From Paraphysomonas bandaiensis (lineage: Eukaryota; Protista; Chrysophyceae): a stretch of 64,000 nt of DNA. The DNA is taken from positions 248,001 through 312,000 of the forward strand of contig CBFFRP010000069.1 in the NCBI GenBank assembly GCA_965644295.1, written 5' to 3'. Below the pieces are notes generated by a model that saw nothing but the letters and a program-made list of their open reading frames with translations, was not told where the DNA came from and did not search any database. Position 1 is the stretch's first letter; each line of letters starts with the position of its first letter. The position numbers and the translations under genes were made by a program. Below, piece after piece: positions 27,768-38,027 of the stretch.

Positions 27768-28230
27768 AGTAGTGAATGTCTGATTATTAGCAATAGGCAA
27801 GTAAGAGTCAGAACTAATGTAGTAAAACAATTTCACTAAATAGTGCTTAACTCTGTGTCCTACTCTAGTAGTGAATGTCTGATTATTTAGCAATAGGCGT
27901 TGAGACCTTGCATCAATTAGTGGCTAGAAGAATGCTAGTCATACTAGTTAGACCACTACCCGTAACTAATCAATACAAACTATTTAACGCTACGAAAGCT
28001 GCTTGTGCGTCGCCGCAAGCACCAAGGTGCAACCACTTCCGTTTGTCCTACTCTATATAGCGCTACGAAAGCTGCTTGTGCATCACCGCAAGCACCAAGG
28101 TGCAACCACTTTCGCTCTATCGCTCGAAGTAAACACAGTGAGCAAGCAGAATGTTGATATTCCGCACATCTGCTGACTTCAGGATTTTGAGTTCTTAAGT
28201 AGGTGCGAGATCTGCCCATGGACGTGCATT
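27768..28230. mobile_element. Compound remnant of the long-TIR MITE family (two terminal arms in tandem)
   Basis: gtagtgaatgtctgatta begins at 27769 and again at 27868; 28110-28210 is the reverse complement of 33850-33950. Confidence 0.7.
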
Positions 28231-29689
28231 CCTTCCGTGTCAGGAGGCGCCGTGGTATTGCAAAACAGAACTAACCCACGGGTACACATATAATTTTCTT
28301 GCCTGTGTATCTATATCATCATTTTTTTTATTCAATTTCAGTTCTTTATTCACTGACTATACTGAAAAAAGTAACTCTGTGGTTGTAAACTGTAACTATA
28401 CATTCCTTTAAAAACCAGGAAGAAAAATTCACGCACAGTGTAACTATACTACAGGTCGGTAACGTTATTTCTGATTGAAATTCTCTTCCCTATTTTGTTT
28501 CCCTAGAATCAGGTCAGCTGTATACAAGAGATCAAAAACGCGATATGTAATAACCTATAGTAATTGGCGTTAATATTCCATGATTTAAAGTAGAGTATGA
28601 TCAATCTTACAGGCATGAATCTCGACCAAACAAGTGTTTGATATGGAGAGGTGATGGACTGAAATCAAGGTCAACAGTGTAAAACGTTCATCCTTTGCTA
28701 CTGTGATGAGTATCTGAAAGAGTATCGCGATTTATTGCGAATATGATGGAGGTTACAGGATAACCATATTTTACACCTTCCACGATTATGTAAAGCAAAA
28801 AAAGTGGGACCATTGCGGCCATTGTCCAAGTACTTTATATTTTATATATACATGTATAGTGGCATGAATCTCCGTTTTTCTAGAAAAAACTGGGTTTTGG
28901 CGTTTTAGGTAGTTTTAAAGTTAGCTTCACTCTCCGTCAGTGATATGGTTTCAGTATATATCCCTTCAGTATGTGTTGCCTTAGGACCGTTTGGAAGTAG
29001 CTTCATGTCCACTATATATATAATTCTTACAGAGTAATAATCGTATATATTCTCTTCTGCACCCGTTTATTTCTTAAGCCTTTTTAAAGAGTTGGCTAGA
29101 CACAGTACTGATTATTTGCTATGCTGATAAAGACAAGAGCAATGTCTAGGAAAGAATACGTGGAGGACTCAAAAAAGTCTGTATTCGAAAGCACAGTTCA
29201 AGGCAAGCAAAGCGGGGAGGATCTGACCCTCAGGGCAGATACTGATGAAAACATTGCTCTTGTCTTACTTAGCATTCATATCAATATTATGGTAAGCTTA
29301 TTCTCCAAAGGCTTAAGTAATAAACATATGATGGCGCTGTATATATATATATAGCCGGGCATGAAGTAACTGACAGACTACACTGAAACGACTGCGTATA
29401 ACTCTAAAGAGTAACACTCAACTACCTTACTGCAATCATGATGCATCATTATCTCATGTGTACTGATATATATACCCATATACAAGCATATAGTCCGTTA
29501 CAGATGGTCACGTGCTGTCCACAGACTCTTAAACCCCATTGTTATGGTCTAGTGTCATAGCCTACATAGTTTAGTATCTGTTAATTATACTAGCAATGGT
29601 AATTTCATTGGCATCAATTACTTTTATGAAGTAAGTAGTTTAATGAAATCCCTCTATACATACATATATATGTGTGTATATATATGCCA

Positions 29690-29825
29690 TCGGCATTGGC
29701 TTCCTTTGTGTATTTTTGTTCAAAAATGCCTCTAATATTGAGATAACAATTATCTGTATACAAGCCGTAGTTGTATTGCAATAATATAGATGATTTTTGC
29801 TTCAATTTATTTCCGAATAATAAGA
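29690..29825 (+). repeat. Dispersed ~135-bp repeat (second copy at ~63860-63992)
   Basis: tttttgttc.aaaatgc.tctaatattgaga.aacaatt.tctgtat...gccgtagtt...cttcaatttatttccgaa shared between the two sites. Confidence 0.8.
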
Positions 29826-30100
29826 TGCTGACTGCAGATGGGGGTACGGGTGGCAAAAAAAATCGCCCTTTTTCGTTGTTGAGAATACAGTATTCTGTAT
29901 ATTAATCATCATAAAAATGGGTTTTTTGTCCTGGTCGACTTTTTCCCACCAGTATTGTACATGTACACAAACATCAAGAAATCCATCGAAATTGGGCAAA
30001 TTCAGCACTTTGTTGGCCTACCGAACACACCCTTAAAATATGATGACTTTGCAATGAAATAAACAATGACCAAATCCCAAATCGATAAAATCGACAGTAC

Positions 30101-30374
30101 TACAGTACACTGGGTGGTTGTGCATGTGGATTTTATTGATTTTTTCATCATTTATTTCATTGAAAAATCATCATTTTTTCAAAAAAGTGACTTTTCAATG
30201 AAACAAACAATGAACAAACAATAACCCCCCCCGAACTATACAGGTCCGGGGTGGTTGTTGTGCATATTTATTTCATTGAAAAGTCATCGTTTTTTCATTA
30301 AAAAGTCACTTTTTTTCACTTTTCACTGAAAAAACGATGAACAAAATCGATATACACAACCACCGTGTATTGTA
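30101..30374. mobile_element. Small Tc1/mariner-type MITE
   Basis: Imperfect TIRs TA-CAGTACACTGGGTGGTTGTG ... CACAACCACCGTGTATTG-TA, with internal inverted ttcattgaaaa.tca motifs. Confidence 0.55.
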
Positions 30375-30597
30375 TATATACAACCATCCCCTTAAGATAT
30401 TCCTACATAAATTATGTCATATCCATATCTTTTTTTTTTAATTAGATCCACAAATTATTCACTTCATCACACTTTCTTCTTATATATATACCTATACACA
30501 CCGCACACAGAAGTATCTGATATGATCTTATAACAATCATCTTCATATGATCGAAGTGTATCATCATAATTATACTTTAAACATCTCTATATAATCA

Positions 30598-30621
30598 ATA
30601 CATACACATACACATACACAT

Positions 30622-30684
<63 letters not shown>

Positions 30685-30703
30685 TATACACATACACATA
30701 CAT
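30598..30703. repeat. (CATACA)-type microsatellite immediately 5' of the dehydratase ATG
   Basis: Tandem catacacata/catataca units ending ~5 nt before ATG 30708. Confidence 0.9.
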
Positions 30704-30707
30704 TAAA

Positions 30708-33300
30708 ATGTTTCTATCAATATCTTTTATTACTCTAATTTTCTATATATTTCAATATGTATCTGCTGATATATCATTTATTAAAAAGGTATGAACTATG
30801 AGTTATATATAGGATGATATCCCTTATAAAGCTATCTGTCTTCTTTTATACAGATTGTTGCAACTAATTTAGCTGATGGATACTGGGTAGAAGCTATGGA
30901 TGTAGATATGGATGGATGGATTGATTTGGTAACATCTGGTCTTGCTGTTGGTGATGTTTATTGGTATAGAAACCCTCATAATGAACATGATGAGTGGGTT
31001 CGACAACATATTATTAAGGTATACTATATATTTATGTATTGTATTTGTCTTATACACTTCTATGTACAGCTTAGCAAACCAGTTGCTATTGACCATGCAG
31101 ATATTGACAACGACGGTTTTCCGGATATCGTTATTTCGCATAATTACGGAAGTTGTATGTATAACTGTGCTCCAACTGACGGCAAGGTTTCTTGGCTTCG
31201 AAATCCTGGAAATTCTGAAAGAGGATGGGAGGCTAGGCTCATTGGAAACATTATGGCCGCCCATCGTGTAAAAATTGGAAAATTTACACAGAATACTAAC
31301 ATGGAGGTCATGGTTTTGCCTGTAGTGGGTGTGGAAGGTAGAATTATTGTTAATCGTCACTGTTTGTTGTTAATACGCTTGGATGTTTCCAGGAGTTCAT
31401 GAGCCTGTAAAAGTTCAAATATACAATTTACCCTCGCAAGAAGACATTCTGAAAAATGACCTCTGGACCATACAACCTGTCGACAACACTACATTTCGCA
31501 TTATTCACGGTGTAGTGGTTGGAAAGTTCGGGTCTCGCAGGGGGTCTGATTTGGATTCTGTGTTGCTGGCTAGCGAAGAAGGGGTGACTTGGTTGTATTA
31601 TGGAGGCAAGGAAATTGGATGGAAGCACGAGAACTTGAATAAAGGCGAGCTGTCGGAGTATTCGTTGACTAAATTCAAAGGCTCTGGTAATGTTGATGCT
31701 TGTCGAATTGGTGATGATGCCTTCGCCTTAATTCCCACGGCGGAACCATTTCACGGCAACACGATCGCTGCATACAGGAAGGACACGACAAATTCTTTGA
31801 CCGATGTACGGTGGGATAGACAGGTGTTGGAGGTGATGGGTCACCCGAATAGTGCGGGTGAGGGCGAGGCTCACCATGTGGTAAGCTCCCCATCCCTGTT
31901 ATTCATTATATCACACCACATTCGGATTAAGAATGACTAATATATGGGTTAGGTGTGTGCTGATTTTGATGATGATGGAAACGATGAATTTCTAGTTGCA
32001 CTGCGAGGCCCTATGCCCTACCAAGGGATTCTACACTTCACTCCTCTTCCGGTAGAAGAAGGAGTCCTGCCCAAATACAATTACCAGAAGCAATCCGTGT
32101 CAACGAATTCGGCCGCAAGAATTGCCCTTGCAGACTTCAACAACGATGGCAAGTTGGATTTTGCCACCACTGGATACTACACGCCAGGATACTTTTTGTG
32201 CGACAATCCTCAAGTCTTGGTGTACTACAACAACATTGAACAGCAAGGAAAGGGCTTGTCTGAAAGTTCTGTCCCTGCAGCCACTTCCACTTGCCTAGGC
32301 GAGGAAGCACTCCCCCCTGCTGAGAGAGTAGCGAAGAAGTCCGTATATTTTCCGGAAGGGGCTGTGAAGGTCGGCATTCAGCCCACAGGATGGGTTAATG
32401 ACGACTTTCCACTGCTGGGTAACGACCTCTATTCCTATGGGCAGATTATGGACGAGGTATATATCTCTTTCTTAGTGTTGCAATAACAGGATGTATGTTT
32501 TGTAGGTTGCTTTGGCGGGTTTTGAGGGCGGGTCTGTGGGACATAAGTACCCCACTGATCGTGCCGTTCTGAAGAAGGAGTTAGGTCTGCGAAACCTTGT
32601 CGTCTCTGAGCCTTGGACCAGCACTTATTTTTCTGTCCCCGGTATGGCCAACAAAACTACCGATGGGTTTGTCACATCGATGGATTTCATTCGAGATATG
32701 GGAGGAAAGTCCCTTGTAGTAGCTGAGTTGGGGCATGCCGTACACCAACTGCCCTTGCCCCTTTTTGCCAACAAGCCGAATTTCACGGAGGCGCAGTGGC
32801 AAGATGTGGCGGCAGGTTTGAACAGTCTTGGCCAACTGGCGAAGAACGCGGGTATGCAATTGCTCTATCATCACCATTTGGGGTCAGGTGTCATGTACAG
32901 AGATGAAATTGATAAATTGATGTCTCTTACCGATCCAGAGTTAGTGTACTTGCTTGTTGACACTGGACACGCTTTTGCAGCCAACGTTGATCCACTGGAT
33001 CTCATTCGCACATACAAGTCCAGAGTTCGCGAAGTTCACTTGAAGAACGTTCGATACCCCAGATTGCTCAAGGTTGTGCAGGACGGACTTACTTTCTACG
33101 AAGGCATTTTGGAAGGCATGTTCACCGTTCCTGGGGACGACAGCGGGGTGGTTGATTTCGAACCTATTCTTGGTGAGTTATCTGACTTGAAGTACTCTGG
33201 ATGGCTGGTCGTGGAAGCTGAGCAAGACCCAAGCAAAGGTGATCCTTTGCAATATGCCCAGACAGCGCGAGCGTACCTCAAACAGTTTGATGGACTGTAA
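30708..33300 (+). CDS. Signal-peptide protein: AUDH-type beta-propeller fused to an IolE-like (myo-inosose-2 dehydratase) TIM barrel, 766 aa
   Basis: Exons 30708-30788, 30854-31018, 31070-31337, 31393-31880, 31953-32456 and 32506-33300 (all GT-AG, 2301 nt in frame). Propeller motifs: LADGYWVEA, GKVSWLRNPG, AHRVKIGKFT, AEPFHGNTIAAY, HHVVCADFDDDGNDEFLVA, SAARIALADF, GYFLCDNP. IolE motifs: GWVNDDFP, YHHHLG, DTGH, VHLKN, FTVPGD, GWLVVEAEQDP. Confidence 0.88.
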
Positions 33301-33600
33301 GCTGCTCACCATTGCTTGGTCTCCGTTGTTGCAGCAAATTTTGAAAACGTTTATTAACTTGTTAACGATATGAGCAATTTATTTTATTGCATACTGGAAA
33401 AATATACACCAACAAATATCTATTCTGGTAATAAAGTGTGACGACTGGGTAGTACTAGAGACTGGGTTATCAAATTGACATAATATGATGAATGGCAAAT
33501 ACTTGATAAACTGAATGTAGCTCTCACTCAATGTTTTTTAAGAATTATAATCAATCTCACTTATCATTCATTGTCATTCGCTAAATTCATGCTACCTCAG

Positions 33601-34091
33601 TAGTGAATATCTGATTATTAGCAATATATATAGGCGTGTGAGATTCAGAACTAATATATCAAAACAATTTAAATAACTTGTGCTTAACTCTGATGTCCTA
33701 CTATTTGGCGCTACGAAAGCTGCTTGTACGTCCCCGCAAGCACCAAGGTGCAACCACTTTTGCTCTCTGTCCTTAAGATGAATAGCCCGGATGCTTGACT
33801 TCAGCAGGGAGCCCAGGCCCCCGACTCCTCCTCAACGGCATCCGGGCTACTCACGCACTTACTTAAGGACTTAGAAAACCTGAAGTTAGCAGATGCCAGG
33901 TATATTAACATTCTGCCTGCTTACTGTGTTTGCTTTGAATGATGGAGCAAAAGTGCTTGCGGGGATGCACAAGCGACTTCAGTAGTGTTAAATAGTAGGA
34001 TATCAGAGCTAATCAAAAGTTAGTTAAATTGTTTTACTACATTTGTTCTGACTCTTACACGCCTATATTGCTAATGATCAGACACTTACTA
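33601..34091. mobile_element. Complete non-autonomous long-TIR element (MITE), ~490 bp
   Basis: Left tagtgaatatctgattattagcaata..taggcgtgtgagattcagaac and right gttctgactcttacacgcctatattgctaatgatcagacacttacta form ~140-bp imperfect inverted arms; TA at both ends. Confidence 0.75.
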
Positions 34092-35794
34092 TGTAAAGTC
34101 AATGCTGCGATTGAGTATGTTGGTAATTTTAAGCAAAAAACAAGACAATCTTAACAGTTAGAGTGAGAAGGTGATAAGGTCACATGGAGTGTATGCTGGA
34201 ACGAAGAGCAGCAGATTAAGAAAAGAGTGAGCGACAGATATATGGACTAGATAGAGGTACTCGACCAAGGAAGTTCCTTTAGTGTGAGACATGTGGGTTT
34301 AAACACCATTATATGGGCCGTTTTTGTCTATTTAGAGAACGGAAGTAAGAGCAAGTTTAGCTGGTATAAACCATGGAAATTTGCTAAGTTCGAGGCAAAG
34401 ACTTTGGAGAAGATATTAGAGGCCATAAAATAAAATAGTAAGGCATAGCAAAAACTTGGAGATGTGGTGAAAAGAGAATTCGTACAACTGGTAGTCGATG
34501 CAAAAGAGGAACAAGCGAAGAGTGTGGGGAAGATCTGAGATGAGAATAGATGAGATGTAGATGGTAGTCATGATCAGATTTTAGAAGATACGAGTATTAA
34601 GGTAAGATATAGGGTTGGAGTGTACCGGGACTATCCATAGGACGTAACGGACGTTTATGTACGGATAGTATTACAACGGTATACGTAGATATTCTGTAGG
34701 ATGAGGAGTAGGTATTTCTATATGTGATTATTGCTGGAAGTAGAAGTCTAGCTATTTATGGCTGGGAAACCACTTCTAACTAGAATTAGCGAAGAAGGGG
34801 ATGTACTATTAGAGGTAGAAAGATATGGATTTTTAGATATATATAGCAAAGTTAAGAAGTTGAGGAGTTACGAGGTTAACAGTAAGAAAAGTAAATTTAA
34901 GTGTTGAGTGTTGTAAAAAGGTAATTACTACCCACATCACCTCTGTACACATGGGCAGGGATGATAAGACCAGCAATATTTAGTCATGATGGCGAGGCTT
35001 AATCACCCGTAGTCGTTCCATTACAATAATATTATAAATAATTTATTTATTGCAAAACGCATCGAAAACTCAACATAAATCGAAATTTCACCAGGTTTGG
35101 TCATCACATTGACATGATGTTAATAACAAATTTTTCATATATAACTTTGTAATTATCTACAAACCGCAAGAGATAAAAATTTAGTTGTTATTTTATTTCT
35201 TGAATTTTGCTGTTTGAGAGCAATTAAAGCTGTAGTTCAAAGATATTTGAATTGTGGCTGTTATTAGTAGAATACAGAAGTGAGAACTAATGTCATAATA
35301 GCATTCGTAGTAGTAAACCTGAAATATATTGACCGTATAAGATCGTGATATCTAAGATTGCGTGGAAATGATTGGTAGTTGAGACAATATGAATTTAGCA
35401 ATTGACAATGAATAACAAGTGATTTTAATCATAACTTTTTGTATGTTACTATATGCTTCTAATCATAGAGTGATATTGTTTAGTTTTGTCATTTTTAACA
35501 TAATTGAACATGCTGACTTATATTTGCTTGTACTGTAATTATAATGAAAATAATTCTACAACATACAACAAACTACTAACTATCCAATTGTTAATTAATA
35601 ATTAATTTGTTGAATGTTATAATGTTGACAAAATTGTCCAGAGAATTGTTTTGTAAACAAATATATTCTCTACGATTCTTTCATAATCGTCTTGTGGACT
35701 CTAGGACATATTAAATGGTTACGAAAACAAGAATGTTAACGACTTTCAGTATCAAAATCTAGCTGAAGGTAGCCCGGGCAAATTGACTTGCTTC

Positions 35795-37602
35795 CTACTG
35801 CAAAATACTATCACGGCACGCCTTGATTGCTAAAGCGGAGGCAGTCAGAGTCGGGTTGGCCGCCATTCCCTTATTGATATTACCATTCCCACCGACCCAC
35901 AAGTTAGTAGTACCCCAGACTTGGGAGTTGCAATCGGCCACACTGGTTTCCGGATCCTTCCCAACGCGAGTGACACCGTGGATGTGAAGCACCAACCCGG
36001 GAGCCATGAACTGCGGGTTCGAACCTGGCAAGAAACCACCAATGGATCTGGTGGCGCGGACCATGTCGAGCATCATATCGTGATGCTGTTGCGCATTAGC
36101 CACACTATCGCGAACATTAAAAGTTGGCTGTGGCATACCGAATATGTCCACTTCGGTGTCACTGAAAGTAACTTCGTTCGTTACCAACTGTTCGCCCAAG
36201 CCAAACCAGCGAAAATCAAGGACGAGTCGAGAGTCTACATTGGGGGCAGTGTCTCCGTAGGCGAACGCATCGCGATGGATCTGGCAGTGCCATGGTCTGC
36301 CTTCGCTAACAGGAATGTAGCAATTGGGATCGACGTCAGAGTACGGAATGGGGATGTCATTAGGAAAGTGCTCAAGATGGTCACGCACTGCCTCATGAAA
36401 TCGAGGATCCGTTCTCACTTTTTCGAGAATATTTTGGTTGTAAACCACTTGGCAGAAAGCCATGGGCTGTTCCACCAAATACTTGCCCAGGGCCGGCGAA
36501 CGAAAATTCGACTTGTGGAGGAGCTGTGCCCCCAACACTGTGCCGCCACACACAATATACTTCTTTGCTCGGACTATGGTTTGCGTCTTGTGGAGGAGGT
36601 TTTCGATGATGGCATATGACACGTTGCCATCTGCTCCCTTCACTAGCTCACGACAGATGTGTTGCTCCTTAATGACGAAGCGACGTCCTTCCATTCCTCG
36701 CGCCGGTGTGAAGTCTGCATCGTCGATAGAAAAGTTGTCATCCCTTCCCCACTCTCCCAAGACAGTGTTTGCAGAACCCCAGCGAAAAAAGGTCTTATTG
36801 TTTCCTCTCCTTTCCACTGACAGCGGCAAGTTCTGGGGATTGTATGGTGCTTGAAGCTCTGGGTACTCCTGTAAAGGAAAAATGTAAATATACATATTGC
36901 AAAAAATACTATAAAAAACACAAGAAAACAAGAAAATCTACAATTGCAAGTTTTATGTACCTGCTGTAGCGCCTCTCGAACCACTGTAGTTCGAATGGAT
37001 TGGTTGAAGGCAGCTTGGGTGCGACCGTAGAGGGCTTCAGCCTCATCATACAATTCATTCCATTCCGCCGGCTCTAAAATATCGGACTGCTCGATAGTAG
37101 GGTGGGCACGCGGAATCGCGCAGGTCCAATGAGTTGCCATGCCACCCACAGCGTAAGTTGCTGCCGCACCTGGCAAATTTACCGCTGGGTTTTGCTCATT
37201 ATTTTGGTGCAAAGCGCCAGGATAACCTGCAGGTGGTTTGTAGCTAAACGGATCCAATGTTGGAACAGTCGATGTATCCACCGGAACCGAAAGGGTGTGG
37301 AGATGACCCCTTATAACATTTGCAAAGGGGTTTACATCTTTTTGATAAACCGCTGCGTTCTTCAGATGCACCCCAGGTCGAATACTCTGAGCGCTTCCAA
37401 TGTCAACCATCAACACATTGTAATTATGTTTCTGATCATCTAATATCTTTCGAGCAAATGTTGCACCTACAGGTCCTGATCCCACGATCAAGACATCAAC
37501 ATCAATTTCTTGAATAATAGTAGGGGACACTTCTTTTGGGCAAGGATCATAATATCTACATTCATCATCATATGCTGATGATTCAGATTTCATTGATTTC
37601 AT
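35795..37602 (-). CDS. Pyranose 2-oxidase (GMC oxidoreductase, CAZy AA3_4-like), 571 aa
   Basis: Exons 37602-36961 and 36868-35795 (92-nt GT-AG intron). DVLIVGSGPVG FAD motif, GVHLKN, VGGMATHWTC flavinylation motif, PWHCQIHRDAFAYG substrate loop, SRLVLDFRWFG, FGMPQPTF, PGLVLH (catalytic His) and ANPTLT (catalytic Asn). Confidence 0.93.
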
Positions 37603-37760
37603 TGGATATAGATGGGATTAGAGATGGGAATAATGATGGGATTCTAATTGCTGCTTTGCAAGACATTGTGTAGCTTGAAGATCCACATATCTTGAAGATC
37701 CACACATATGTTTGAAGAGAAATACAATATCTTGAAGAGACTAAACTGAATATCAATGGA

Positions 37761-38027
37761 GTATGTGTGTATGTATACTATACTATATACTATATACGGT
37801 ACCTACTATGTATAGGGGGTAAGTGTGTATGTATGCTATACTATATACGGTACAATCTATAGGGGTAGTGCGTATACTATATACGTACGTATAGTATACA
37901 TACACACATGCCCCTATAGATTGTACGTACCGTATATAGTATAGTATACACATACGCACATACCCCTATAGATTGTACGTACCGTATTACGTAGTATAGT
38001 ATACATACGCACATACCCCGATAGATA
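37761..38027. repeat. 50-bp minisatellite, left part (orientation flips at ~37885)
   Basis: Unit acatacccctatagattgtacgtaccgtatatagtatagtatacatacgc and its reverse complement. Confidence 0.85.

Noticed and set aside
32512-33300. Stand-alone iolE gene
   Set aside because: The ORF starts at TTG and lacks the IolE N-terminus, which lies in the preceding exon in frame with the propeller.
34100-34920. Purine-rich stretch resembling decayed coding or retroelement sequence between the cluster genes
   Set aside because: No open frame or convincing motif; cannot be assigned without a translated search.
30708-37602. Bacterial contamination as the source of the IolE/POx genes
   Set aside because: Both genes have GT-AG introns that restore the frame and host-type 5' ends, and they are interleaved with a MITE family found elsewhere in the window.
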